A stretch of 64,000 nt of DNA from Gemmatimonadales bacterium (GTDB lineage Bacteria; Gemmatimonadota; Gemmatimonadetes; Gemmatimonadales; GWC2-71-9): contig OZ252244.1 in NCBI GenBank assembly GCA_965249575.1, positions 2,368,001-2,432,000 on the forward strand, written 5' to 3'. A model generated the notes under the pieces. That model made no database searches, had not been told where the DNA came from, and saw nothing but the letters and a program-made list of their open reading frames with translations. How positions within the stretch are numbered: position 1 is the stretch's first letter; each line of letters begins with the position of its first letter. Below are positions 1 to 8,896 of this stretch, one piece after another. Both the position numbers and the translations under genes were made by a program.

Positions 1-717
1 CCCGACGCCGCAGTAGGGACACACGCTGCGTACGACACGGTCGGATGCCACCCGAGCTTCGCCGTAACGTAGCTTGGGCATGACCTCGAAGATCGCTCCC
101 GTCGGACACACGCGTACGCATTCGCCGCACCACGTGCAGGCGGCTTTGTCGGCGTCGCCGTCGTTGCCCACGATGATCTGAGCGTGCTCGCCCCGATACG
201 CCACGTCGAGCACGCCGACGACCTGGATGTCCTCGCACGCCCGCACGCAGCGGGTGCACAGGATACACGTGCTCATGTCGTGTCGAATCATCGGGTCGCC
301 CGGGCGCTCGTCGCCCGTGCGCAGCGGAAGGTCACGGGAAGCGACTGGGGTTATGCGTGCCCCATACCGGATTGCGTACTCTTCGAACTCGTTACGGGGA
401 TGGGCCCGGCCCCCGTTGATCAGGTGGTCAGCCGGGTACCGTTCGAGCAGCATCTCGAGGACGCCCCGTCTGGCGTCCGTCACCTCCGGGCTGTCGGTAT
501 GGACCTCCATCCCTTCCGACACGACGGTCGCGCACGCGGGCACGAGCTTGGGGGTGCCCGCCACGGCGACCACGCAGATGCGGCAGTTCCCGACGGTGGG
601 GAGCTTCGGATACCAGCAGAGAGTCGGCGTATCGATCCCGACGCGTTTCGCTGCCTCGAGGATGGTAGCGCCGGCGGGCACCTCCACCCGGCGCCCGTCG
701 ATCTGTACGGCGGTCAT
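1..717 (-). CDS. fdhF: Formate dehydrogenase alpha subunit (FdhF/FdsA-type molybdopterin oxidoreductase), N-terminal part; runs off the window
   Basis: Not in the ORF track. Manual translation from ATG at 717: MTAVQIDGRRVEVPAGATILEAAKRVGIDTPTLCWYPKLPTVGNCRICVV (2Fe-2S), CILCTRCVRAC and CTWCGECVRVCPTG (two 4Fe-4S), then RSVCPYCGVG (start of the Mo-bisPGD 4Fe-4S domain). Confidence 0.85.
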   Translation of the reverse strand, partial: MTAVQIDGRRVEVPAGATILEAAKRVGIDTPTLCWYPKLPTVGNCRICVVAVAGTPKLVPACATVVSEGMEVHTDSPEVTDARRGVLEMLLERYPADHLINGGRAHPRNEFEEYAIRYGARITPVASRDLPLRTGDERPGDPMIRHDMSTCILCTRCVRACEDIQVVGVLDVAYRGEHAQIIVGNDGDADKAACTWCGECVRVCPTGAIFEVMPKLRYGEARVASDRVVRSVCPYCGVG

Positions 718-784
718 GCATGGAAGTTGAGGCGCGCTGGCAGCGGGGGCAAGTCAGCCTGCCCGATGTGAGACAGCCTTTTGA

Positions 785-1594
785 TCAGGGCTTTTGGGCG
801 AGCAGCCAGCCGGGTCGATCGCGTCGCTGTCCGCGTTCGATTTTCCAGTCTCGGTAGTGCCCGCGGAGCGCGTCCGGCGCGAGCACGCCGGCCTCGCCGT
901 GCGGCTCGGGCGAAAGCACGCAGTGCAGCCCGCCCCGGGCGGTGCGCCCCTTGACTGTATCGAGCACTTGGGCTCGCGTGCCGACGTCGAGGTTGCTCGC
1001 TGTCGGCAGGTCAACGACGACGAGCGACGGGTTGGCTTCTGGAAACCACGTTCCCAGGTTCACGACCAAGGCCTGAAACTTCGGCCCGATCCCCTCGGCG
1101 GCCGCGCGGGTCTCGACCGCCTCTACCGCTGCCAGCTCCTGGTCGATGAGGAGTACCATCGCGCCGTGCGCCGCGAGGAATAAGCCAGCTGGCCCGGCCC
1201 CCGCGCCGAGAACGAGCGCCAAATCGGCCTCCTCCAGACAGAGCGCCAGATCCTTCACCGGCGTCTCCGGGTCGAGACCCCAATGGGTCGGCGATTGCTG
1301 CGCCCGACGCAGCTTGAGGTGTCGTTCCCGCCACCGCCGATAGGTCGGCAGCTTGAGACGGCGAATGATCAGCCGGTCCACGTGCTCGAGCACGAGCACT
1401 TCGGTGAGCACCAACTGGCCCTCCGGTCCTACCTCCAGCTCCCGAACAGCGTCGTCTGCGATAGCGAGCAGTTCCTGCCGCGAGAGGCGATCCTTGAACT
1501 CTTCGATGCGCTGGAGAATGAATTCCTCATACTCCTGGCGCAGGGAGAGTTGCTGGCGCGGTCGCCGGGCCGAGGCCTGTGCCAGTGTCAGCAC
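785..1594 (-). CDS. Hypothetical protein: helical N-terminal domain plus degenerate SAM-methyltransferase-like Rossmann domain
   Basis: 269-aa ORF overlapping the CDF stop; LVLGAGAG...LLID resembles class I MTase motifs I/II. Confidence 0.65.
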   Translation of the reverse strand: MLTLAQASARRPRQQLSLRQEYEEFILQRIEEFKDRLSRQELLAIADDAVRELEVGPEGQLVLTEVLVLEHVDRLIIRRLKLPTYRRWRERHLKLRRAQQSPTHWGLDPETPVKDLALCLEEADLALVLGAGAGPAGLFLAAHGAMVLLIDQELAAVEAVETRAAAEGIGPKFQALVVNLGTWFPEANPSLVVVDLPTASNLDVGTRAQVLDTVKGRTARGGLHCVLSPEPHGEAGVLAPDALRGHYRDWKIERGQRRDRPGWLLAQKP

Positions 1595-2497
1595 GGCTCG
1601 ACATGCACGATCACCTCGTGCAGCTCCAGGGCCTCCCGGAGGCGCGATTCGACGGCGTCCGCGATCCTGTGAGCGGACTCGACACTGGCCGCTCCATCCA
1701 CCGCGATAGTGACCTCCGCGAATCGCTGCCCCGGGGCACCGCGAGAGCGGATATGGTAGGCGCTACGTACGCCATGAATCCGTTCCGCCTCCTGACGAAT
1801 CATCCCCGCCGGGACGACGTGTTCGTCCACGAGTATCGGTACTGTTCGCGCCACGATTCCGTAGGCGATCCACACGATGGCCGCCGCAACCAGCAGGGCC
1901 ACGACGGGATCCGCGTATCCGAACCCCGCCCGCGACAGCACGACTCCCGACAGTACGCCAATAGTAATGAAGACATCGGCCCGCGTGTGAGCGGCATCGG
2001 CCAACAGGATATCGCTGTTCAGCTCGCGGCCCCGGCGGGCCTCGTAAGGCGGCCACGGCCCCGTTGATGGCGAGGGTGCCAACGAGGACGCCGATTTGCG
2101 GGTTTCCAATGGCGAGAGGCGCCGCGCCGGTGACGAGCCGCGTCACCGCGCCCTGCACGAGCTCGAACCAGCTGATCGACAGGAAGATGACGATCGCCAG
2201 CGCGCCGAGTGTTTCGAACTTGTGGTGCCCGTAGGGGTGGTCTTCGTCGGGGTCCCGACCCGCGACCCACATGACCGCGAGCGCGAGCACGTTGTTCATT
2301 GCGTCGACGGAGGAGTGGACTGCGTCGCCCAGGACCGCTAGGGAGCCACTGCGAAGACCGATGACGAACTTGGCGACGACGACGGCGAGGTTGGCGATGA
2401 AGAGGCCGACGAGCACCCGCTTGATCTGGGCGGACCGACTGCTGGTGTTGGCCCGGTCGGGGGGCATTGCAGAATGCTCGTCTGACACGGGAACCAT
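1588..2497 (-). pseudogene. Cation diffusion facilitator (FieF-like) transporter, frameshifted near 2047
   Basis: SLAVLGDAVHSSVD and PDEDHPYGHHKFE in one frame; ADAAHTRADVF and C-terminal EVIVHVEP in another; one extra T at GCC-GCC-T-TAC-GAG joins them. Confidence 0.85.
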
Positions 2498-2530
2498 GTC
2501 AACAGTTCAGGATGGGTAGGCGCACTCCCG

Positions 2531-2904
2531 CTATGGCTGTTTCCCGATGAAGGAGGAGGCCCGGCTGACGAATGCGCCGCGACGTTCGATGTGCGGGGCG
2601 TGCCCAGCTCCAGGCACCATCCACGTGGTGGCCGTCCGCACGTGCTTGGTAATGGCGCTGACCTGCGCGGCCGTACCGAACTGGTCCGCGTCGCCCTGTA
2701 CCACGAAGACGGGGCACGTGATGCTGGCGAGGCGGTGTTCAATGCTCCAAGTGGCATGCGGGTCACTGAGCCAACCGCGTGCCCAATCCACGCGCCCGTC
2801 GATCCCAGGCCATCGTGCAAGTACACGACGGTCTCGTTCGCGCGCGCGAACCCGGTTGCCCAATCGAAGTGGAGGCGGTGGCCCCCGGCCTCCAGATATC
2901 CCAT
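2531..2904 (-). pseudogene. Alpha/beta hydrolase remnant with large internal deletion and frameshift
   Basis: N-terminal VVYLHDGLGS abuts, in a different frame, C-terminal ITCPVFVVQGDADQFGT...GAGHAPHIE; no GxSxG region in between. Confidence 0.75.
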
Positions 2905-2925
2905 GGAGAAGATGGCGCGGTGGCG

Positions 2926-3282
2926 TTACCGATCGGGCCGGAGCACGCGTGCCCCGCGCAGGTAGACGTGGCGAAGCTGGGAGGGTTCCGCGTCGGTATT
3001 GACGTGCATCAACACGCGGATGCATCGTTGCAGCCCGTCGGGCACCGCCATCTCGGTCGCCCCGAGCAGGGGGACGTCGTGCCAGCCCATCGCGCGCGCG
3101 GCGCGCGCCGGGTATTCGCTCGTAATGTCGGGTGTGGCGGTGAGGATCACGCTGGCGATGTCATCGGGCTCGATGCCGTTCGCCTCGGTGAGGGCCTGCA
3201 ACAGCTCGCGAGTGGCGGCCAAGACCAGGTCCTGTCGGTCGGCGTCGATGGCCGTCGCTCCTCGGATTCCACGTACCACCAT
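2926..3282 (-). CDS. aroH: Chorismate mutase, AroH class
   Basis: VRGIRGAT start, YPARAAR, CIRVLMH, HVYLRGARVLRPD. Confidence 0.95.
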   Translation of the reverse strand: MVVRGIRGATAIDADRQDLVLAATRELLQALTEANGIEPDDIASVILTATPDITSEYPARAARAMGWHDVPLLGATEMAVPDGLQRCIRVLMHVNTDAEPSQLRHVYLRGARVLRPDR

Positions 3283-3293
3283 GCTGTGACCTC

Positions 3294-3935
3294 GTGTCTG
3301 CCGATCTCAGGTTGATAGCAATCGTCGATCCGGCCGTGCTCGGCGGCCGTGACCTGGACTGGTGTGCGCGGGCTGCCGAAGAAGGCGGCGCCACCGCGAT
3401 TCAAATTCGAATGAAGGGTGCCGCGGGCTCGGACGTGTTTCGTGCCACCAGTCGCCTGGTCGCCGCCCTCCGCATTCCAGTGTACGTCAACGACCGCGCG
3501 GACGTCGCTTGGGCCGCCAGGGCCGACGGCGTCCACGTCGGTTCGGACGATATCCCGCCGCGTGCGGTACGCGATCTCTCCCCGGCCGGCTTCCAGATTG
3601 GCGTGTCGGTCGGGTCGGAAGTCGAAGCAGCCGCAGCGTCTGGCGCCCCAGTCGATTACTGGAGCATCGGACCAATTTATCGAACTGGCACCAAGTCCGA
3701 CGCCGGTGAGCCGATCGGGACAGACGGCTTTACCGCGCTTGCCCGCCTCGCGCCAGAACGAATGCCCCAGATTGCAATCGGCGGGATCCGTCCCGAGACC
3801 GTGCCCGGCATCATCGCCGCCGGAGCCCACGGGGTGGCCGTGAGCGACGCCGTTTTTGGGACCGACGACATAGCAGTCGCGGCGCGGCGGGTCCGTGAAA
3901 CCGTGGACCGCTCACTGGCCGCGCGAAACGGGTAA
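3294..3935 (+). CDS. thiE: Thiamine-phosphate synthase
   Basis: IQIRMK, VNDRADVA, DGVHVGSDD, IGPIYRTGTK, IAIGGI motifs. Confidence 0.92.
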   Translation: MSADLRLIAIVDPAVLGGRDLDWCARAAEEGGATAIQIRMKGAAGSDVFRATSRLVAALRIPVYVNDRADVAWAARADGVHVGSDDIPPRAVRDLSPAGFQIGVSVGSEVEAAAASGAPVDYWSIGPIYRTGTKSDAGEPIGTDGFTALARLAPERMPQIAIGGIRPETVPGIIAAGAHGVAVSDAVFGTDDIAVAARRVRETVDRSLAARNG

Positions 3936-3970
3936 CCGTCCCGCGACTCTCCTCTGGACAAACACGCCCG

Positions 3971-4933
3971 TCAGCGAGGGCGGCGAATTACCCGGATCGC
4001 GGCCAGGTGCTCCCGATGCGAGCGTGAGAAGACGTGCTTTCCGTCCCCGCGCGCGACGAAGAAGAGGAAATCGGTGCGCGCGGGATACAGGGCGGCCTCG
4101 ATGCTCGCTTCGGATGGCTGGCCAATCGGGCCCGGTGGGAGCCCGTCGATCAAGTACGTGTTGTACGGCGAGGGAAAACGGTAGTCTCGCTCAAAAAGAC
4201 GGCGGCGTTTCCCGAGGGCGTAGATCACCGTGGGGTCTGCCTGGAGCCGCATCCGGCGCATCAGCCGATTGTGGTACACCGAGGATACGAACGGCCGATC
4301 TGGACCGTAGCGCACTTCGCCCTCGATAATGGACGCAAGTGTAACGACCTCATGATGACTCATCCCGAGTGAATCGAGGCGCCCATTCCATTCTGGCCGC
4401 CAGCGCGCCCTATGCTCCGTCACCATCTGGCGAATGACCTCTCCCACGCCCACGTCGACCCGAAACAGGTAGGTGCTTGGGTAGAGGTAGCCCTCGATCG
4501 ATTCTGCCGGGATGCGCAACTCGGCGAGCAGGGGCTGGTGCCTGGCGGAGTCCAGGAATCGGTCCCTGGGGACCCGGAACTCTCGCTCGAACAGATCGGC
4601 AATCTCTTCGAGCATCAGCCCCTCGGGTACCGCCACGCGCCGCTGGGCCACTGACCCTCGCACCAGGATGTCCAGCACGGTCGACATCGGCAGGTTGAGC
4701 GGGAACTCGTACACGCCTGCCCTGATGGCGCGTTCGCTTCCGGTGAGGCTGGCGTATAATCGGAATCGCCAGGGCGAATCGATTACTCGGTGGATTGCGA
4801 GTGTTTCCGCGGCGGCCGACAAGCTGGCTCCCCGCGGAATCCGCACCATGGTCGGCGGGCCGGGGGGTGGATCGGGCCGACAGGCACCCACCGCTGCGAG
4901 CCACAGGGCGATGGTGAGGGGGGGGAACCTCAC
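3971..4933 (-). CDS. mltG: Endolytic transglycosylase MltG (YceG)
   Basis: EGYLYPSTY, LASIIEGE, LQADPTVIY, SPYNTY...GLPPGPI motifs. Confidence 0.95.
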   Translation of the reverse strand: MRFPPLTIALWLAAVGACRPDPPPGPPTMVRIPRGASLSAAAETLAIHRVIDSPWRFRLYASLTGSERAIRAGVYEFPLNLPMSTVLDILVRGSVAQRRVAVPEGLMLEEIADLFEREFRVPRDRFLDSARHQPLLAELRIPAESIEGYLYPSTYLFRVDVGVGEVIRQMVTEHRARWRPEWNGRLDSLGMSHHEVVTLASIIEGEVRYGPDRPFVSSVYHNRLMRRMRLQADPTVIYALGKRRRLFERDYRFPSPYNTYLIDGLPPGPIGQPSEASIEAALYPARTDFLFFVARGDGKHVFSRSHREHLAAIRVIRRPR

Positions 4934-5379
4934 GACCTTCGCCGGTCCAGGAGCGCCTGGAGTAAAACGGTAGCCGCCAGCTGGTCGACCATCCCTTCCC
5001 GGCCCGCCGTCTTGCCGCCTAGCTCCTCGATGGCCCGGAGCGCCCGAGCCGTCGTCATACGCTCGTCCACATAGGTGACCGGCAGTCCCGTTTTCTCGTG
5101 AATATCGGAACCCATTTGCCGAACCTCGTGAGCGGCCCGACCCTCGTCACCCTCGCTGGTCAGCGGCAAACCGATGACAATGCCCACCAGTCGGTGGGCG
5201 TCGAGATGGGTTCGTAGCCCGCGCATGGGAAAACGCCTGCCCTTGCGGCGGGTCAGGGTCGCTAGGGGCTGTGCGATCCGTTGCGTGGGGTCGGAGATGG
5301 CGAGTCCGAAGCGTTTTTCTCCCCAATCGATGCCCAGTATCCGTCCCTCGTTGGGAAAATCGTCAGGGTCGCGGGCCAT
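4930..5379 (-). CDS. ruvX: YqgF/RuvX family nuclease
   Basis: ILGIDWGEKRFGLAISD, VIGLP, VDERMTT, DQLAATVLLQ. Confidence 0.95.
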   Translation of the reverse strand: MARDPDDFPNEGRILGIDWGEKRFGLAISDPTQRIAQPLATLTRRKGRRFPMRGLRTHLDAHRLVGIVIGLPLTSEGDEGRAAHEVRQMGSDIHEKTGLPVTYVDERMTTARALRAIEELGGKTAGREGMVDQLAATVLLQALLDRRRS

Positions 5380-5381
5380 CC

Positions 5382-6632
5382 CTACCCTTGTTGCATCGTC
5401 GCGAAGAACTCCTTGTTGGTCTTGGTCCGCTTCATGCGTTCGAGCAGGAACTCGATCGCCTCGACCGTCGGCATGTCGGCGAGGAAGTTGCGCAGCAGGT
5501 AGACCTTATTGAGTTCCTCTTTGTCGAGCAGCAACTCCTCCTTACGGGTGGAGGTGCGCTGGACGTCGATGGCCGGGTACACCCGGCGGTCGGCAATTCG
5601 CCGGTCCAAGACCAGTTCGGCGTTTCCCGTGCCCTTGAATTCCTCGAAGATCACCTCGTCCATCCGGCTGCCGGTCTCGATGAGCGCCGTGGCGATGATG
5701 GTGAGGGATCCTCCACCTTCGATGTTTCTCGCCGCCCCGAAAAACCGCTTCGGCTTCTGGAGCGCGCTGGCGTCCACTCCACCGGAGAGAATCTTCCCAG
5801 AATGCGGGATGACGACATTGTGCGCCCGCGCGAGCCGGGTAATGGAATCCAGGAGGATCACGACGTCCTTCCGGTGCTCGACGAGCCGCTTCGCCTTTTC
5901 GATGACCATGTCGGCGACCTGGACGTGCCGGTCAGCCGGCTCGTCGAACGTGGAGGAAATCACCTCCGCCCTGACGTTTTCCTCCATGTCCGTGACTTCT
6001 TCCGGGCGTTCATCAATGAGTAGTACGATCAGGGTTACGTCCGGATGATTCTCGGTGATGGAGTTGGCGAGCTTCTGGAGGAGGATGGTCTTACCGGCTT
6101 TGGGAGGCGCCACGATCAATCCACGTTGTCCCAGGCCGATGGGCGACAGGATGTCGACGACCCGCATCGAAATGTCGCCCTCGGTCCGCTCGAGCCCGAG
6201 CCGTCGATCGGGGTATCGCGGCCTGAGGTTGTCGAACGCGATTCGGTGCTTGGCCTTCTCCGGCTCCTCGAAATTGACGGTCTCGACCTTGAGGAGGGCG
6301 AGATAGCGTTCACCTTCTTTCGGTGGGCGAACCTGGCCGAGGACGGTGTCACCGGTGCGAAGATCGAAGCGCTTGATCTGACTCGGGCTCACGTAGATGT
6401 CATCGGGCCCGTACAGGTAGTTCCAGTCCTGACTGCGCAGAAAGCCGTATCCCTCGGGGAGAATCTCCAGAACGCCCTCCCCGCGCAGTACCGTATCGGA
6501 GTCGAGAAGCGACTGTTCGATTCGAAAGATGAGATCCTGCTTGCGTAGTCCCGAGTAGTTGGTGATGTTCAACTCCTCGGCCATCGCGTGGAGCTCGGCG
6601 ACGGACTTCCTCTTGAGCTCAGCTATGTCCAC
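5382..6632 (-). CDS. rho: Transcription termination factor Rho
   Basis: [18 protein letters not shown]-loop [23 protein letters not shown]. Confidence 0.99.
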   Translation of the reverse strand: MDIAELKRKSVAELHAMAEELNITNYSGLRKQDLIFRIEQSLLDSDTVLRGEGVLEILPEGYGFLRSQDWNYLYGPDDIYVSPSQIKRFDLRTGDTVLGQVRPPKEGERYLALLKVETVNFEEPEKAKHRIAFDNLRPRYPDRRLGLERTEGDISMRVVDILSPIGLGQRGLIVAPPKAGKTILLQKLANSITENHPDVTLIVLLIDERPEEVTDMEENVRAEVISSTFDEPADRHVQVADMVIEKAKRLVEHRKDVVILLDSITRLARAHNVVIPHSGKILSGGVDASALQKPKRFFGAARNIEGGGSLTIIATALIETGSRMDEVIFEEFKGTGNAELVLDRRIADRRVYPAIDVQRTSTRKEELLLDKEELNKVYLLRNFLADMPTVEAIEFLLERMKRTKTNKEFFATMQQG

Positions 6633-6764
6633 GTAGGGGACTCCATCGGTCCAGGTAGGGTTCGGCTTTTTTCACAAAGGGTACGGGTCAGCCCCAAAAG
6701 GGCGCCTTGTCCAGAGAATCGAGATGAGATGATACTGGGGAGTCGTGGGAAGTGTCGGGAACAT

Positions 6765-6793
6765 AACATAGGACCTCCGTTTGTAGCCGTCAA
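6765..6793 (-). promoter_or_regulatory. Putative sigma-70 promoter of rho
   Basis: Minus strand TTGACG-N17-TATGTT about 130 nt upstream of the rho start. Confidence 0.55.
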
Positions 6794-6801
6794 GAGGACG
6801 T

Positions 6802-7923
6802 TTGGGTTCCATCGCTGATTTCCTCGCCGTATGGCGGACGACGGTGGTCGGCGGACGCGAGATCATCGACGCTCTCGTCCACCCCGATCACCGCGGGCCA
6901 TCCCCCGATCTCAAACGAGCGCTGGAGCAGTGGCCGGGACCTCACTACTGGTCACCGGGGGACGGTCCAGGCCGCTTGGTCTTGATTCGGGCGCTCGCTC
7001 CCCCGACTCGAGAGCGGTGGTGGCTGCATCTGACCCTGTTCGCGGTCACGTTCGTGACGGTGGCCATCGGCGGGGCGCTCATCGCGGGTGCGGAGCCCCG
7101 CTGGTCGGTGCCGGCGGCGGGAGGGTTCGCCCATTGGAGCGCCGCGGTCCTCGACTGGGGCCTGTCACTAGGGCCCGGGCTCGAGTTCGCGATGGCGCTA
7201 CTGGGCATTCTCCTCGCCCACGAGTGCGGGCACTACTTCTTGGCGAAGCGATACGCCATCAACGTGTCCCCTCCGTACTTCCTGCCGGCGCCACCGCCGT
7301 GGATCTTTCTCGGCACGCTCGGAGCGTTCATTCGTCTCCGAAGCCCCGTCGTCGATCGACGCCAGCTGATGGACGTCGGCGCCGCCGGCCCCTGGGTCGG
7401 CTTCATCGCCGCGCTGCTGGTCTTGGGCTACGGTCTGTCGATCAGCGAGCCCGTAGCGGCCGGGGGACGCGGGGGCGTGATGGTCATGCCCGAGGCGCCG
7501 CTCTATCCCACGCTGTTCCTCGGCGACTCGTTGGTAGTGGCCGGCCTTCGGCTACTGATCGTAGGTGACGGAGCAGTACGCCTTCATCCCCTGGCGCTCG
7601 CCGGCTGGCTGGGCGTCTTCGTCACCATGCTGAACCTGCTGCCATTCGGGCAACTGGACGGGGGGCATGTGCTCTACGCCCTGCTGGGTAGGCGTCAGCG
7701 CCTCGTCGGAACGCTCACCTGGCTCGCGCTGGTCGTCATGGGCTACTGGTTCTGGGGCTGGTGGATTTGGGCCGTCCTCACCTTACTCCTGGGACGCGGT
7801 CGCCTCGCGCACCCGTCGGTCCTGGACCGAGTGCGTCCGGTGCCATCGAGCAGACGGTGGCTCGGCTGGGCGACTGTAGCCCTGTTCGTTCTCACGTTTA
7901 CGCCCGTTCCGTTCCATCCCTGA
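6802..7923 (+). CDS. Site-2 protease (M50 intramembrane zinc metalloprotease)
   Basis: HECGH zinc motif, AGP motif, NLLPFGQLDGGH, multiple TM segments. Confidence 0.92.
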   Translation: MGSIADFLAVWRTTVVGGREIIDALVHPDHRGPSPDLKRALEQWPGPHYWSPGDGPGRLVLIRALAPPTRERWWLHLTLFAVTFVTVAIGGALIAGAEPRWSVPAAGGFAHWSAAVLDWGLSLGPGLEFAMALLGILLAHECGHYFLAKRYAINVSPPYFLPAPPPWIFLGTLGAFIRLRSPVVDRRQLMDVGAAGPWVGFIAALLVLGYGLSISEPVAAGGRGGVMVMPEAPLYPTLFLGDSLVVAGLRLLIVGDGAVRLHPLALAGWLGVFVTMLNLLPFGQLDGGHVLYALLGRRQRLVGTLTWLALVVMGYWFWGWWIWAVLTLLLGRGRLAHPSVLDRVRPVPSSRRWLGWATVALFVLTFTPVPFHP

Positions 7924-7987
7924 GCTGGCTGGTCGCCGCACTCCGGTCAGCAGCCCGTGTCGGCTGCGTGTGACTGATTGCTCACTA

Positions 7988-8022
7988 TTGCGTAAGTATC
8001 AGGCATCATTATATTTGCGTAA
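7988..8022 (+). promoter_or_regulatory. Putative promoter with duplicated TTGCGTAA box
   Basis: TTGCGT-N16-TATATT in an AT-rich patch; TTGCGTAA at 7988-7995 and 8015-8022. Confidence 0.4.
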
Positions 8023-8039
8023 ACCAGCGGAGTAATCGC

Positions 8040-8327
8040 ATGGCCGCGAATCCGGCGCGGTATGGCGCCCCAAATCCATCAGATCCGGTAATCCACGAAC
8101 TGGCACCCATGAAGTACGCCGGTGGCGAGGTCGCCGTGCGGCTCGAGGTGCGATGGGTGGACGATGGGTCGCTCACCGGCCGTCTTCTGTTCGGCCCGCC
8201 AGATGCGGCCGAATCGCTCGCGACAGCGGAGATTTTTTGTGCGGCGAACGAAAAGGATCTCTGGCAAGCGGTGACCGACCTGAGCGACCATCATCTGCGC
8301 GACCTCTATCGATCGGTCGCCGAATGA
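8040..8327 (+). CDS. Small hypothetical protein
   Basis: 95-aa ORF with GGAG RBS; ATGA overlap with the next gene. Confidence 0.7.
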   Translation: MAANPARYGAPNPSDPVIHELAPMKYAGGEVAVRLEVRWVDDGSLTGRLLFGPPDAAESLATAEIFCAANEKDLWQAVTDLSDHHLRDLYRSVAE

Positions 8328-8521
8328 CCGACGCCGTGGGCTCCAACGGCGAGGAAATGCGAAAGCTGCGCCACGACCTCTCCAATCCCCTCTCGGCGAT
8401 ACTCGCCGAGACGCAACTCCTTCTGCTCAACCCGGAATCCCTCAACGATGAGACCGCCACAGGGCTCAGGGAGATCGAGAGCCTGGCCCGTCGCATGCGC
8501 GGTATCCTCCAGCGGCGGTAG
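8324..8521 (+). CDS. Stand-alone histidine kinase dimerisation/phosphoacceptor (HisKA) microprotein, 65 aa
   Basis: MTDAVGSNGEEMRKLRHDLSNPLSAILAETQLL...; H-box HDLSNPL plus second helix, then stop. Confidence 0.8.
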   Translation: MTDAVGSNGEEMRKLRHDLSNPLSAILAETQLLLLNPESLNDETATGLREIESLARRMRGILQRR

Positions 8522-8806
8522 CGTCGCCAGAATCCTGAAGGTTCCACTAGCCAACGCGGCCCGGGTTGGGGCACGACAAGCGTTGCGCGAAAACCACAAC
8601 GCGTGACTCCCGGATTGAGGTCAGTCACCGTCCTGCCACGGGTGCTCGCCCGTATCCACAATACAACGTCTAAATGATTGTTTCATAACGCTTTAAAATG
8701 TATCGAACTGGAGGGGTCGGCTGGATCCCGTCATGGCGAAATCCAGCACGCGCACTGCGGTTCGAACATTGCGAGCGAGATGAGGCAGAAGCGGCGTGGG
8801 TCAGCC

Positions 8807-8835
8807 TTGACGGTGCCAGTGCGGGTCGCCATGTT
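8807..8835 (+). promoter_or_regulatory. Putative sigma-70 promoter of the 8.9-18.3 kb cluster
   Basis: TTGACG-N17-CATGTT upstream of GGAG RBS and ATG 8897. Confidence 0.4.
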
Positions 8836-8896
8836 GACCCCCCGCTTGAAGCACGATCTGCTCGTTCCTAAACGGAAGGCCAACCGGAGTTTAGCT

